A DNA stretch of 60,165 nt from a virus (lineage: Duplodnaviria > Caudoviricetes). The notes under the pieces were generated by a model. That model searched no databases. It saw only the letters and a program-made list of their open reading frames with translations, and had not been told where the DNA came from. Location of the stretch: the IMG/VR virus record IMGVR_UViG_3300007775_000011, positions 1 to 60,165 of that record. One strand, given 5' to 3'. Numbering within the stretch: position 1 is the first letter of the stretch; each line of letters starts with the position of its first letter. Both the position numbers and the translations under genes were made by a program. This document shows, in pieces, positions 9,581-19,338 of this stretch.

Positions 9581-10797
9581 TATCACGTAAAATGATGATG
9601 GCAGCAGCAGGGGCCGATAAAATACCTGGGCCATTTAATACGGTTGTGTTTTTAGGACACAGTTTTACCGCTAATAATGATCTTGTAAAGCGGGTTAATG
9701 TACTTCAAAATGCCAGTTGTGCTTTGTATAATAGAGGTATAAATGGAGATAAATATACCGATATGCTTGCGAGATTTGATACTGATGTATCTCCTAATAA
9801 CCCTGATTTAGTTTTGTTGGATTCTCCAACAAATGATATAACAAATGGGATTACCGCTGCCACAATACAAGCTACATTTAATTCTATAAAGGCAAAATGT
9901 GATTTAATTGGAGCAACTTTGATGACTACTGAGCTAACTCCATGGAAGAATTATTCTATGTGGACCGAAGCAAAGCAGACTCAAACAGAATTATGGAATG
10001 CGATTTTACCTAGTATTGGAGTTGCCTATACAAAATCATATGATATTCTAGGTGAGCCAGGCAGTCCAGAAGAACTAAATGCTTTATATGATGGTTTAGA
10101 TGGCGTACCAGATGGTTTACATTTGAATTCAGCTGGATTTGATATATATGCACCAATTCGATCATCTGCTTTTACGGGAGGGATAAATGGTCCTGCAGAA
10201 GCTTTAAAAGCACTTGGCTGGGCTGCTGGAGATGATTTTGATGGGTTGGCTCCCCACCCATCGTTTGGTGGTGGGAAGGTTAAGAACCATGTAATGGATT
10301 TAGATGAAACATTTTTAGGATGGTTTGATGTTTCTGGCGTTGGGAACTGGACTACAATGGGGGATGGTAGTATAGGAAATACAACCCAGATATTTGAAAA
10401 AATTGCATATGATACAGGAAACCAAGATGGGATACATAATATTGATCTAGTCTGGCCATCAAACCCAAATATGGCTGTTGGGGTAAGAGATACCTTGAAC
10501 GGTAATGATGCCGTGTATGTTCTTATTAGCTCTACAACTATATCATTATATAATAGTACTACCGCTGGCGGACAAGTACAGGTTGACCAAGTAACAGGGT
10601 TATCATATACACCCGGTGATATTGTAAAGCTTGAAGCGGTGTGTAATGGGACAACTATAAGTTTTACTATTAATGATGATAGTAATACAACTGTATCTTT
10701 TAATGGGTTTGACATTAATAATACAGATGGAAAAATCACACTTTTTAACGGCAATGCTAATCATAGGTTCAGAAAATTTAGAACTAAATTATTATAA
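9577..10797 (+). CDS. SGNH/GDSL hydrolase with lectin-like C-terminal domain
   Basis: VFLGHSFT, NRGING, TND and DGLH blocks. Confidence 0.8.
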   Translation: MISRKMMMAAAGADKIPGPFNTVVFLGHSFTANNDLVKRVNVLQNASCALYNRGINGDKYTDMLARFDTDVSPNNPDLVLLDSPTNDITNGITAATIQATFNSIKAKCDLIGATLMTTELTPWKNYSMWTEAKQTQTELWNAILPSIGVAYTKSYDILGEPGSPEELNALYDGLDGVPDGLHLNSAGFDIYAPIRSSAFTGGINGPAEALKALGWAAGDDFDGLAPHPSFGGGKVKNHVMDLDETFLGWFDVSGVGNWTTMGDGSIGNTTQIFEKIAYDTGNQDGIHNIDLVWPSNPNMAVGVRDTLNGNDAVYVLISSTTISLYNSTTAGGQVQVDQVTGLSYTPGDIVKLEAVCNGTTISFTINDDSNTTVSFNGFDINNTDGKITLFNGNANHRFRKFRTKLL

Positions 10798-10814
10798 GTA
10801 TAAAGAGATTAATT

Positions 10815-12983
10815 ATGTCAAGACAACGCACAAAATATTATAATGCTGCTTTTTCTAGTCCTACCGGAGCAGGAGGGGTTGGAGACCGGGGAGCTAGAAA
10901 TTATGTTCCATTTGGCGGTGATAATCCTTATTTTTCTCAAGATTATGTTTACAGGTGGAGACAGTACACCCGTTTATATGAGACATCATGGGAAGCTCGA
11001 AAGATTATTAATATTATTCCTGAAGATGCGTTGAGAAAGGAATGGATTGCAGAAGGTATCCCGGAAGAGATGGCCAAATATATCCAGGGAAGATTAGACC
11101 GTCTGCAATTTAATAATATTTTGAAAAGGAGTTTAAAGCTTGAGAGACTTCTTGGCGGTTGTCTCACTTTTATGGGTATTGATTCTGATAAAGATGATCC
11201 TTCAATTAAATATAATCCAACTGAAAAATCGGCATTAAGGTTTTTTAATGCTATTCCTGTTAGTAGAATAGCTCGGATGACTTGGGATCACAATCCCCTT
11301 TCTGAACATTATATGAGGCCCGAAAGCTTTTTGATTAATAGTCAAGAAGTCCACGTGAGCCGTTGTTTAGTTTGGGATGGGGAACCTCTTTTTGATCCCT
11401 ATGATTTTGCTCTTACCCAGTTCAGGTCAAATTTAGCTGGTTTCGGCCCTTCTAAGCTTGCTAATGTTTGGGATGATATAGTTAAAGCAGTAGGGACAAG
11501 GCAAGCTGCTTATCAATTAATTCAAACAAATAATGCTGTAATTGCCGCAGTAAAAGGTCTGAAAGATTTAAGCGGTACAAATGCCGGCAAGACTGCATTA
11601 GAGAAAGTCAAGGATATTGCAAATCAATTAAGTATATACAGGGCTGCTCTTATTGATGAGAATAGTGTTGATATTAAACAGCGGTCTGCTTCTTTTGGTT
11701 CTGTTCCTGAATTGATCTTGACTTTTATTCAGATTCTTTCTGCTGCATCCGATATACCGGCAACCAGATTTATTGGACAAGCTCCGGGAGGATTAAACGC
11801 AACCGGAGAATCTGACCTTGAAAATTACTATAACGTGATTGATGCTTATCAGCGACAGAGGATTGAGCCCCAGATCAGAAAAACGTATGACATTATTGGA
11901 TATTGGAAATTTAAAGATGCTTGGAAAAAAGAAAGGGAAAACTTGGGATTCAAATTTCCCCCTCTTTGGAATCAATCTGATCTTGAAGAAGCTGATACCA
12001 ATATGAAACATATTGAAAATGCCATGAAAGCTTTAGATGCCGGTTTAATGGATGAAAATAAAGTTATTGAGGAAATGAATAATCGTGGTGTTTTTACGGT
12101 AGACCTTGATGAAATTGACGAAAATTTATTGGATGATATTGATATAGATTCTGGCACCGGCTCCCTTCCTTCTCCTGCTCTTTCTCCCAGCAGGGCTTCA
12201 TCCCCGCTTCCTGCTGCCAATCCTGGTCAAGCTGGTGGAGGAAGGGAGCCAAATGCCGGTGATAAAGATGATGAATCAAAATATACAAGAAGAGAACCCG
12301 ATGGAAAAGGTGGATGGATTTATCATTATAACAAACTCAGGAATACCGGCAGTGCGATGCTTTTAATAAAGAAAGCCGGACATAACCCAGATCAATATGA
12401 TTTAGATCAATTTGTAAAGGGTTATAAAGTGGAGCAGGAACATAAAGACGTAACCAAAGGTGATCCGGTATCCACTGCTAAAATTGTTTTAGCTCATTTG
12501 GATGAGAAACCTGATTATTATGATCGACTTGAAAAGGTGGAAAATAATAATGGTGAATATCCACCCCCTATCCCGGTTGAACTTCATGGACTCCCTTTTG
12601 GCATTGAGAACCCTAAAGGATCAGTTAGAACGGGAATAGGTTGGGAAGTGGTGATGCCAGCTCATTATGGTCATATAAGATTTACTAAAGGATCAGATGA
12701 AGAAGAAATTGATGCTTATGTCGGTCCCTATCCTGAAAGTGAGATTGTATTTATAATTGACCAAAAGGACATTGAATCTGATACCTTTGATGAGCATAAA
12801 TGTATTTTTGGTTGTTTGAGTATGACTCAGGCCAAGGAACTGTATGCCGCAGGATTTAGTGACGGTAAAGGCCCGGATCGAATAATGTCTATTACCCCAG
12901 CCACTATTGATCGGTTTAAACAGTGGTTGGTTACGGGAGGACATAAAATCCCGTTTAATAATAAGCGAAAAAGGACTAAATAA
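10815..12983 (+). CDS. portal protein (DUF1073-type) with C-terminal DUF5661-like and inorganic pyrophosphatase-like domains
   Basis: AASDIPATRFIGQAPGGLNATGESDLENYY portal signature; EQEH...AHLDEKPDYY; IENPKGSVR...HYG...D..DAYVG...FDEHK. Confidence 0.85.
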   Translation: MSRQRTKYYNAAFSSPTGAGGVGDRGARNYVPFGGDNPYFSQDYVYRWRQYTRLYETSWEARKIINIIPEDALRKEWIAEGIPEEMAKYIQGRLDRLQFNNILKRSLKLERLLGGCLTFMGIDSDKDDPSIKYNPTEKSALRFFNAIPVSRIARMTWDHNPLSEHYMRPESFLINSQEVHVSRCLVWDGEPLFDPYDFALTQFRSNLAGFGPSKLANVWDDIVKAVGTRQAAYQLIQTNNAVIAAVKGLKDLSGTNAGKTALEKVKDIANQLSIYRAALIDENSVDIKQRSASFGSVPELILTFIQILSAASDIPATRFIGQAPGGLNATGESDLENYYNVIDAYQRQRIEPQIRKTYDIIGYWKFKDAWKKERENLGFKFPPLWNQSDLEEADTNMKHIENAMKALDAGLMDENKVIEEMNNRGVFTVDLDEIDENLLDDIDIDSGTGSLPSPALSPSRASSPLPAANPGQAGGGREPNAGDKDDESKYTRREPDGKGGWIYHYNKLRNTGSAMLLIKKAGHNPDQYDLDQFVKGYKVEQEHKDVTKGDPVSTAKIVLAHLDEKPDYYDRLEKVENNNGEYPPPIPVELHGLPFGIENPKGSVRTGIGWEVVMPAHYGHIRFTKGSDEEEIDAYVGPYPESEIVFIIDQKDIESDTFDEHKCIFGCLSMTQAKELYAAGFSDGKGPDRIMSITPATIDRFKQWLVTGGHKIPFNNKRKRTK

Positions 12984-12984
12984 A

Positions 12985-13023
12985 CCACTTGTTTTTAAAT
13001 TTAAGAGGGATTTAAAACTTTTT
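12985..13023 (+). repeat. conserved intergenic motif, copy 1
   Basis: CCACTTGTTTTTAAATTTAAGAGGGATTTAAAACTTTTT; also at 18124, 27255 and (- strand) 55549-55587. Confidence 0.85.
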
Positions 13024-13041
13024 AATAGGAGAGTATTTTAG

Positions 13042-13128
13042 ATGAGTAAAAAGATTCTTATAACAGGAGCAAGCGGTTTTGTAGGAAAGCATCTTGTTTC
13101 TAGGTGTTATAGATTAGGTTGGGTTTGA
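13042..13128 (+). pseudogene. remnant of an NAD-dependent sugar epimerase/dehydratase
   Basis: AGGAG RBS then MSKKILITGASGFVGKHLVSRCYRLGWV*, a GxxGxxG Rossmann start truncated at 28 aa. Confidence 0.75.
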
Positions 13129-13170
13129 AGATAGTTTAAAGTTTACTATTAATTTTTAAAGGAGAATATC

Positions 13171-13791
13171 ATGCCGAAGGGATCGAAAGTTTATAGAAAT
13201 AGTACTGATTCTACTATTAAATATCAAGTATTATCTTCTTATGGCACTAAAGGTCCAATTTTACCTATGAATGAAATATGGAAAAAATGGATGTGGAAAA
13301 TCCAGAAAGTAGATCATGGGGCACGTACAGTCACTTTAAAATCTTTTGCTCAGCTAAACAATTCATATAATGATTATAGCTTTGAAATTGAATGGGAAGC
13401 TGATCAAATAAATCCTGATATGAAACTAAATAGAGTTTATCGGTTATCTGCTCCTCAACAGCAAAAAGCTATATCTATGACCCATGATTATATAAAAAGA
13501 AATTTTAGAGTTAAACCTGAATCAATTAAAATTAAAAGGATTTCAAAGCAAACGTCTGATTTTCAAAATGGTTGTAATAAAGCTACTCAAGAAATCAACA
13601 ATAAGTTGATGAATGCCAAGAAGGTTTACGCCCATCCAAAAGATTCAAGATGGTACATTGTAAATCTTTCTTCCAGCTCCCTATCTCCCAGATATCACAT
13701 TATGGGACCAACTGGTCCTCATGGTAATGATATGACGGATTTAGAGCAAGCCAAAAAGAAATTGGATGCGACATATCGGTTGAGTAAATAA
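13171..13791 (+). CDS. hypothetical protein (putative internal head protein)
   Basis: AAGGAG RBS; shares FQNGxxKAxxExNNKLxNA with the 14716 ORF. Confidence 0.65.
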   Translation: MPKGSKVYRNSTDSTIKYQVLSSYGTKGPILPMNEIWKKWMWKIQKVDHGARTVTLKSFAQLNNSYNDYSFEIEWEADQINPDMKLNRVYRLSAPQQQKAISMTHDYIKRNFRVKPESIKIKRISKQTSDFQNGCNKATQEINNKLMNAKKVYAHPKDSRWYIVNLSSSSLSPRYHIMGPTGPHGNDMTDLEQAKKKLDATYRLSK

Positions 13792-13793
13792 CA

Positions 13794-14708
13794 ATGCCTA
13801 TCTTACTTGATTATAAACAGCTAGAAAAGCTGAAACAAAAACGTAAAGCCCGTAAAATGAAAAGACAACGGGATAATATATCTATGGAACGTACTTTGAA
13901 GAAAAGTATGGATAAACTTTGGAAAGAAGTTTTGTTACCTGCTTCTGAAGAAATCCGGGATATGATCAAGAGGAAAGCCCCTGCATCTGATATTGCTGAA
14001 TTGATGGATCGGGTATTAAGAAAAGCTGAATTTGAATATGGTCTTGCTTCTGATGAATTTATAACAGAATGGCAATTAAGTGTAGATCGGCAAACCAGAA
14101 CAGAAATGTTAAAAGGGTTACAGGAAAGTTTGGGGGTGGATATGACCGCTTTCTATGACACCCCGGAAATAAAAGATGTTCTTGAATCATCTACATTGGA
14201 AATGTCCCAATTAATTAAAACCATTCCTAATGATTATTTGAGTGATGTAGCCAGGGCTGTTAATGATAATTTTACTGGTAGACCTTTACCGGAGAATAGA
14301 ACACTTTTACAACAAGTTCAGCATTTAGGAAAAGTGACTAAAAATCGGTCAAAAGTAATAGCACGAGACCAGACAAAAAAACTCAGTTCGGCCCTTAATA
14401 GGCATCGTCAGGAATCTATTGGGGTTGAAATGTATATTTGGCGTACTGTAAAGGATGAGCGTGTTGTGGGCAAACCGGGGGGAAGATACCCGAAAGGAAA
14501 CAAAGCGCATGGCAATCACTGGATGATGGACGGTAAATATTGCCGGTGGGATGATCCAACTGTTTATAGTACCGATAAAGGTAAGACTTGGAAAAAGCGT
14601 AAAAGCGATATGCCCAAGAATAATCCTGGCGATGATATTTTATGTCGGTGCCACGCAGAGCCGGTTATTGATATTCAACAAATAATTAAATTTGCCGAAG
14701 CGGCATAA
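13794..14708 (+). CDS. MuF-like head morphogenesis protein
   Basis: IARDQT, YIWRTVKDERV, PGDDILCRCHAEPVI. Confidence 0.9.
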   Translation: MPILLDYKQLEKLKQKRKARKMKRQRDNISMERTLKKSMDKLWKEVLLPASEEIRDMIKRKAPASDIAELMDRVLRKAEFEYGLASDEFITEWQLSVDRQTRTEMLKGLQESLGVDMTAFYDTPEIKDVLESSTLEMSQLIKTIPNDYLSDVARAVNDNFTGRPLPENRTLLQQVQHLGKVTKNRSKVIARDQTKKLSSALNRHRQESIGVEMYIWRTVKDERVVGKPGGRYPKGNKAHGNHWMMDGKYCRWDDPTVYSTDKGKTWKKRKSDMPKNNPGDDILCRCHAEPVIDIQQIIKFAEAA

Positions 14709-14715
14709 TAAAGGA

Positions 14716-15141
14716 GGATTAAGTATGTCTCGTGTAACCATTTTGAAAGATAGCAGTTCAGGTGAATTTCGTGTTCCTGGACCAAGTGGGACAGAGGCAT
14801 CTGCCTATTATACGGATAGTAAATCAGATGCAGAAGGGACTGCCAAGCGGATGTGGAATGATTCCAATATTCAGATTAATTTTAGAACGGTTCCTGATTT
14901 TGATCGGTTTCAGAATAAGAATTTTCAAAATGGCCGTATGAAAGCTAAAAATGAAACCAATAATAAGTTGGCAAATGCCAATCCTGATGGAACAATAAGT
15001 CCTGATGAAGATCGGAAAAGAAAAGATTTAATTCAAAAAGCCAAAAGAATTTCGGAAGAATTAAAAAGAGAAGCTTACAATATTGGGGGTTCTTTTCGTG
15101 GTCCGGGAATCTGGGTTGAGGTAAAAAGGAATCTTGGATAA
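14716..15141 (+). CDS. hypothetical protein (putative internal head protein); likely ATG at 14725
   Basis: AAGGAGG RBS before MSRVT; FQNG..KA..E.NNKL.NA motif. Confidence 0.6.
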   Translation, partial: GLSMSRVTILKDSSSGEFRVPGPSGTEASAYYTDSKSDAEGTAKRMWNDSNIQINFRTVPDFDRFQNKNFQNGRMKAKNETNNKLANANPDGTISPDEDRKRKDLIQKAKRISEELKREAYNIGGSFRGPGIWVEVKRNLG

Positions 15142-15168
15142 ATAATTTATTTAAAAGGGAAAACAAAA

Positions 15169-16389
15169 ATGCAAATCACAAACAGAATAAATATCCCCAT
15201 TCCAACCGGATCAAGCCGGGAATATACTGAGGAAGGTTTTCTCAGGTGTAAATGTCGTGTACTGGCTGAAAGGGTGATGCCATACTCCAGAGCAGAACTT
15301 GAACAGATACCCCCGGAAATTACAGATGATCCTATTCTGCTTTTTGTGGGTAGGGATTCTATATCTGATCCCGACTCTCTGAGAAGTTTAGAAGGGGCTG
15401 CAGCTGTAGCGGGGGATCATAATTGGCTTGATCCTGAAGTCATTAAACAATATCAAGTAGGTCATGTTGCGGGTACTCCAAGAATGGATGGCCCCTATCT
15501 GGAATGTGATTTATTTATTACCGATAAGGAGGCAATAGAACAAATCGAAAATAAGGAACTTGAAGAAATATCTGCTGCTTATTCAGCTGATGCTGAATTC
15601 GGGGAGGGAGAATATGAAGGCCAGCCCTACCACGCTGAACAGCGGCAGTTGCGATATAATCACGTTGCTATAATTCCGGCTGGGTCTGGTCGGGCAGGTC
15701 GTGACGTAAAAATTCTCAATAAGAAAAACAAAGATGGAGGAAACCAGATGTCAGAAGATACAGTCAAAATGGTTCGTATCAAGTTGGTCCATAGCAATAA
15801 AATGGTTGCTATGAATGAGGATTCCGCTGCTGCTGTTGAGGAAGAAGCTACAGCAATGGATGGTAAGTTGGGCACTCTTATGAATGAACTGGAAGAGGCC
15901 AAAGGCGGTCGGGAAGAACTGGAGGCCAAAATACAGGAACTGGAAGGTGAGCTTTCTGTATACAAAGAGAAGTTGGATGAACTTCTTGGCGGACAGGATG
16001 CTGCTGTTGAGGAAGCTGCTGCAAATATGGTAGCGGAATCAGAAGAGGCTGAAGAGATCATGGAAAATTCCCCCATGTTTGATGAAGAGGGGGAAGAGAT
16101 CGAAAACGAAGACAAACGTGAGGAAATGATGAACTCCATCAAAGGGGTTTATGGGACTGATCTGCATAAAAAGGTTCTGACTACTGTTGGAATTAAATGC
16201 GAGAATATGTCTCCTGATCATATCCGTGGTGCTTTTAAGGCTCAGCACCAGCTTGCCTCTTCCGGTAAAAACCGTAAAGTGGTTGCGGGTCTTCAGATGA
16301 ACAATTCCATGACCCAAAAGACAACCGATGGGGCCCAGATCAGTGAACGCAATCCCCTTCAGCGTTTGGGTTTTCCGGCAAAGCAGTAA
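15169..16389 (+). CDS. prohead protease/scaffold (DUF2213)
   Basis: EISAAY, YNHVAII..GRAG motifs; acidic coiled-coil scaffold C-terminus. Confidence 0.88.
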   Translation: MQITNRINIPIPTGSSREYTEEGFLRCKCRVLAERVMPYSRAELEQIPPEITDDPILLFVGRDSISDPDSLRSLEGAAAVAGDHNWLDPEVIKQYQVGHVAGTPRMDGPYLECDLFITDKEAIEQIENKELEEISAAYSADAEFGEGEYEGQPYHAEQRQLRYNHVAIIPAGSGRAGRDVKILNKKNKDGGNQMSEDTVKMVRIKLVHSNKMVAMNEDSAAAVEEEATAMDGKLGTLMNELEEAKGGREELEAKIQELEGELSVYKEKLDELLGGQDAAVEEAAANMVAESEEAEEIMENSPMFDEEGEEIENEDKREEMMNSIKGVYGTDLHKKVLTTVGIKCENMSPDHIRGAFKAQHQLASSGKNRKVVAGLQMNNSMTQKTTDGAQISERNPLQRLGFPAKQ

Positions 16390-16461
16390 TAACAGTGGGT
16401 AAATTGGCCAAGTATCCCGAAAGTTAGAAATTTAATTAATTCAACATAAGGAGTAAAAACA

Positions 16462-17088
16462 ATGCCTTCTTTTCAGAATGGATACAGAGGAAGTGTAAAT
16501 GGTTCTGTCCAGACCAGTTATACAGATCAGCCGGGGGTTTCTGTTCCCGGTATGGCAGCATTTGCCAGTGATATTAACCTTCGTGATGCTTACCTGATCG
16601 GAGAAACTGATGGTGTAGCCGCAGGTAAAGGTATTCAGCTGATTCACCAGACTGAAGCTGATTATAACCTCCAGCATCCCAATATGGCTGTATATCTTCC
16701 TAATGGTGGGGAAGATGTTACTCACTTTGGCGGTATCGTTATGTTTGATGAAGCGATGCAGTCAGACTCCAACGGTATTCCCGGTTGGGCCAAAGGTCGT
16801 GTTGGTCGGGTTATGCGTCCTGTTCGTAATGGTGGCCGGATTTGGGTCAAAGCTGTGGAAGCTGTTACCCTTGATGATACTGTCAATTGGGTTATCGTTG
16901 CCCCGGCTGACGAATCTTATGAGGTTGGTGAGTTTGCCCCATCTGCTCTTGGAGGTGGAAGTGCCGGAACTTCAGTTGCTTTGCCTCATTGTAAATGGGT
17001 TGTGCCGGCAGCTGCTGGTGGAAATGCGATGATTGAAATGCTTGGAACACTGACTGCTACTGTTCCGGGAAATTCCAGCAGCGCATAA
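16462..17088 (+). CDS. head decoration/cement protein
   Basis: position between scaffold and MCP; GRIWVKA motif. Confidence 0.75.
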   Translation: MPSFQNGYRGSVNGSVQTSYTDQPGVSVPGMAAFASDINLRDAYLIGETDGVAAGKGIQLIHQTEADYNLQHPNMAVYLPNGGEDVTHFGGIVMFDEAMQSDSNGIPGWAKGRVGRVMRPVRNGGRIWVKAVEAVTLDDTVNWVIVAPADESYEVGEFAPSALGGGSAGTSVALPHCKWVVPAAAGGNAMIEMLGTLTATVPGNSSSA

Positions 17089-17137
17089 TTTTTATTAATC
17101 AATTTACTTTATTAATCAATAAAAGGAGGGCAAACAA

Positions 17138-18103
17138 ATGCCTTATGATTTTAGTACAGGTGGCAGTGGTCAGGTAACGGCAACTGAATTGATCGTCAGT
17201 GTATTCGATCAGGTTGAGGCCGGATTCTATGATGCGCTATATCCTGAAATCCTGTGGAGAAACCACATCAATGAGGGAAGTATCAAAACGGAAATCAACC
17301 CCGGTGCAATGAACTATGTATACCGTTCCAGAGATGTTAAGGGAATGGGCCAGTTTGTTCAGGGTGATCCCAATAATATTCCAAGGGTCGGTCAGGTAGT
17401 TGGTCAGGTAACTGTACCGATTCTGGATGCTGCGGTTGGATCTACTCTTACCGATATGGAAGCTCAGAGATATCAGTTTGGCTATCAGTCTGCTCTTGCC
17501 CAGGATTATGGCGAGATCATGAAGAAAGCTGCTGATTACCATATTGAGCGTACTTTCTTCTTTGGTAATGATGCAGCCCAGTTCCTGCCTTATTTGGACT
17601 ATCCGACTGTAGACAAGATTGTAACTGATCCTTGGGCATCTGGTACCCCTGAAGATTGGGTTGCTTCTATCAATGATGCCATTACTACGGTATGGACCAA
17701 CAGCAAGACTATCCATTTGCCTGATACGGTTGAACTGCCTCCGGCAAAATTCTCCCTGTTGACCCAGGCTTTTGTTATCGGTAATGTCGCTGGTTCCGGT
17801 GGTGCTGGAGTAGCTGTGTCCGCTCTGGAATACCTGAAGAAAAACAACATTTATACCGCAATGACTGGAAAAGAGCTGAATGTCAAAGTTCTTCGGTATC
17901 TGGAAGGTGCTGGTGTAGCTGGTGTTGATCGGGCTATTGTAAAAGAAAGCCAGGACAGGAACTTTGTTATGCCGTTCCCGCTGGCTTATCAGTTAGCCCA
18001 GCCTGTGCCGATTCCACTGGGTGTTGATATTTTTGCTCAGTACATTTTCGGTAGCTTCAATGTTCGGTACCCTGCAGCAATGGCCTATGTAGATGGCCTT
18101 TAA
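17138..18103 (+). CDS. major capsid protein (DUF2184-type)
   Basis: 321 aa; FFGN, PDTVELPP and terminal VRYPAAMAYVDGL; AAGGAGG RBS. Confidence 0.88.
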   Translation: MPYDFSTGGSGQVTATELIVSVFDQVEAGFYDALYPEILWRNHINEGSIKTEINPGAMNYVYRSRDVKGMGQFVQGDPNNIPRVGQVVGQVTVPILDAAVGSTLTDMEAQRYQFGYQSALAQDYGEIMKKAADYHIERTFFFGNDAAQFLPYLDYPTVDKIVTDPWASGTPEDWVASINDAITTVWTNSKTIHLPDTVELPPAKFSLLTQAFVIGNVAGSGGAGVAVSALEYLKKNNIYTAMTGKELNVKVLRYLEGAGVAGVDRAIVKESQDRNFVMPFPLAYQLAQPVPIPLGVDIFAQYIFGSFNVRYPAAMAYVDGL

Positions 18104-18117
18104 TCGGTAAATGAACC

Positions 18118-18164
18118 GGGAGGCCACTTGTTTTTAAATTTAAGAGGGATTTGAGTGGCCTCCC
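18118..18164 (+). repeat. conserved intergenic motif, copy 2, enclosed in an 11-bp stem
   Basis: GGGAGGCCACT...AGTGGCCTCCC flanks the motif core directly after the MCP stop. Confidence 0.8.
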
Positions 18165-18207
18165 TTCCCTTACCTTTCCAAAGAAATAAAAACGAAGGAG
18201 AAAGAAA

Positions 18208-18861
18208 ATGGCAACCAGAAGACGAACAAAGAAAACCCCTACCACGGGAAAGTCTCCGACAAAAATGAAAAAAGTCGCAGATATGAACAAGAAAGAACTT
18301 CAGGCCTATGCTTGGGAAAATTACCAGATTAATCTTGATCCTGATCAACTCAAAAAAGATGAGATGCTCAAGGCCATTGAAAATTTGGAAGCTGGTCGGG
18401 AATCTTTGAAAGCATCCAGTGAAAATCTGGAAGAAGAAAAAACCCCGGCACCGGCCCCGCCATCACGAAGACGAACAGCACCGGCCCCATCACCGGAAGC
18501 AAGTATTAAATCCAGTCCAACTATATCTATCGCCAATCAGCACACTGGTGGAATTTCTTTTCCAAGGAAAACCGATGATGGAAGACCTCTGCCCCCTCTG
18601 CGCCTCCCCCCCGGTGAAGTTACCCCAGTGGATCGGGAAATCTGGGAACTCGTCAAGAAAAAGGAAGTTGTTAAGCACTATCTCGACAAAGGACTGCTGG
18701 CTGAAACGACAAAACGGGGGAAAGTGCCTATGTTGGACAATACCTCAACCACGCTCCCGATTCCAGAGCATCTTCAGGATGAAGAGCAGACTGGAGGGAC
18801 AACGGGCCGTGCGGCAGAACTTCGTAAAAAACAAGTTGGGACAGTTACCTTGGACACGTAA
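18208..18861 (+). CDS. hypothetical protein (Rho-N-like small helical domain, Pro-rich linker)
   Basis: MNKKELQAYA...LKKDEMLKAI; position after MCP. Confidence 0.6.
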   Translation: MATRRRTKKTPTTGKSPTKMKKVADMNKKELQAYAWENYQINLDPDQLKKDEMLKAIENLEAGRESLKASSENLEEEKTPAPAPPSRRRTAPAPSPEASIKSSPTISIANQHTGGISFPRKTDDGRPLPPLRLPPGEVTPVDREIWELVKKKEVVKHYLDKGLLAETTKRGKVPMLDNTSTTLPIPEHLQDEEQTGGTTGRAAELRKKQVGTVTLDT

Positions 18862-18951
18862 ATAGTATTTGATTTTTTAGTTATTGGACATCAATCCTGA
18901 GCTGAAATATTCTCAGGATTGTTTCGAGCAACTAAAAAGGAGAGATTGAAA

Positions 18952-19338
18952 ATGTCTATAACATACGCAGATTTTATTGAAAAGTTTCCTGCTTTTTCAA
19001 GTTTAACTGAAGCAGAAGTAACAAGGCAATTAAATTTTTCTTCCCGTTTATTAGATAGTTCAGCTTGGAATGATTTTTATCAGGATGCTGTTTATTTAGA
19101 TACCGCTCATACATTATCTATAAGAACTTTGGCAAATAACGGTGGAACAGGAGGGGGACAACAAGCTGGAGTAGGGCAAATCACATCTGCATCTGTAGCT
19201 GGTATGTCTACCAGTTTTGCTCAGTTAAATACTGGGGAGGGAAATTATACTGTAGATTGGTATTCTAAAACATCTTATGGGCAGGAATTTTTAAGGTTAC
19301 AATCAATTATTATTCCAGCGGGGGTTATGGCAATATGA
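18952..19338 (+). CDS. head-tail connector (DUF4054-like)
   Basis: F..KFPAF, AHTL, ITSASV, TSYGQEFLRL; AAGGAG RBS before ATG 18952. Confidence 0.8.
   Translation: MSITYADFIEKFPAFSSLTEAEVTRQLNFSSRLLDSSAWNDFYQDAVYLDTAHTLSIRTLANNGGTGGGQQAGVGQITSASVAGMSTSFAQLNTGEGNYTVDWYSKTSYGQEFLRLQSIIIPAGVMAI

Noticed and set aside
10815-12130. Anti-CBASS Acb1 call for the DUF1073 protein
   Set aside because: No HxT/HxS 2H-phosphoesterase motif pair seen; the N-terminal region is the portal.
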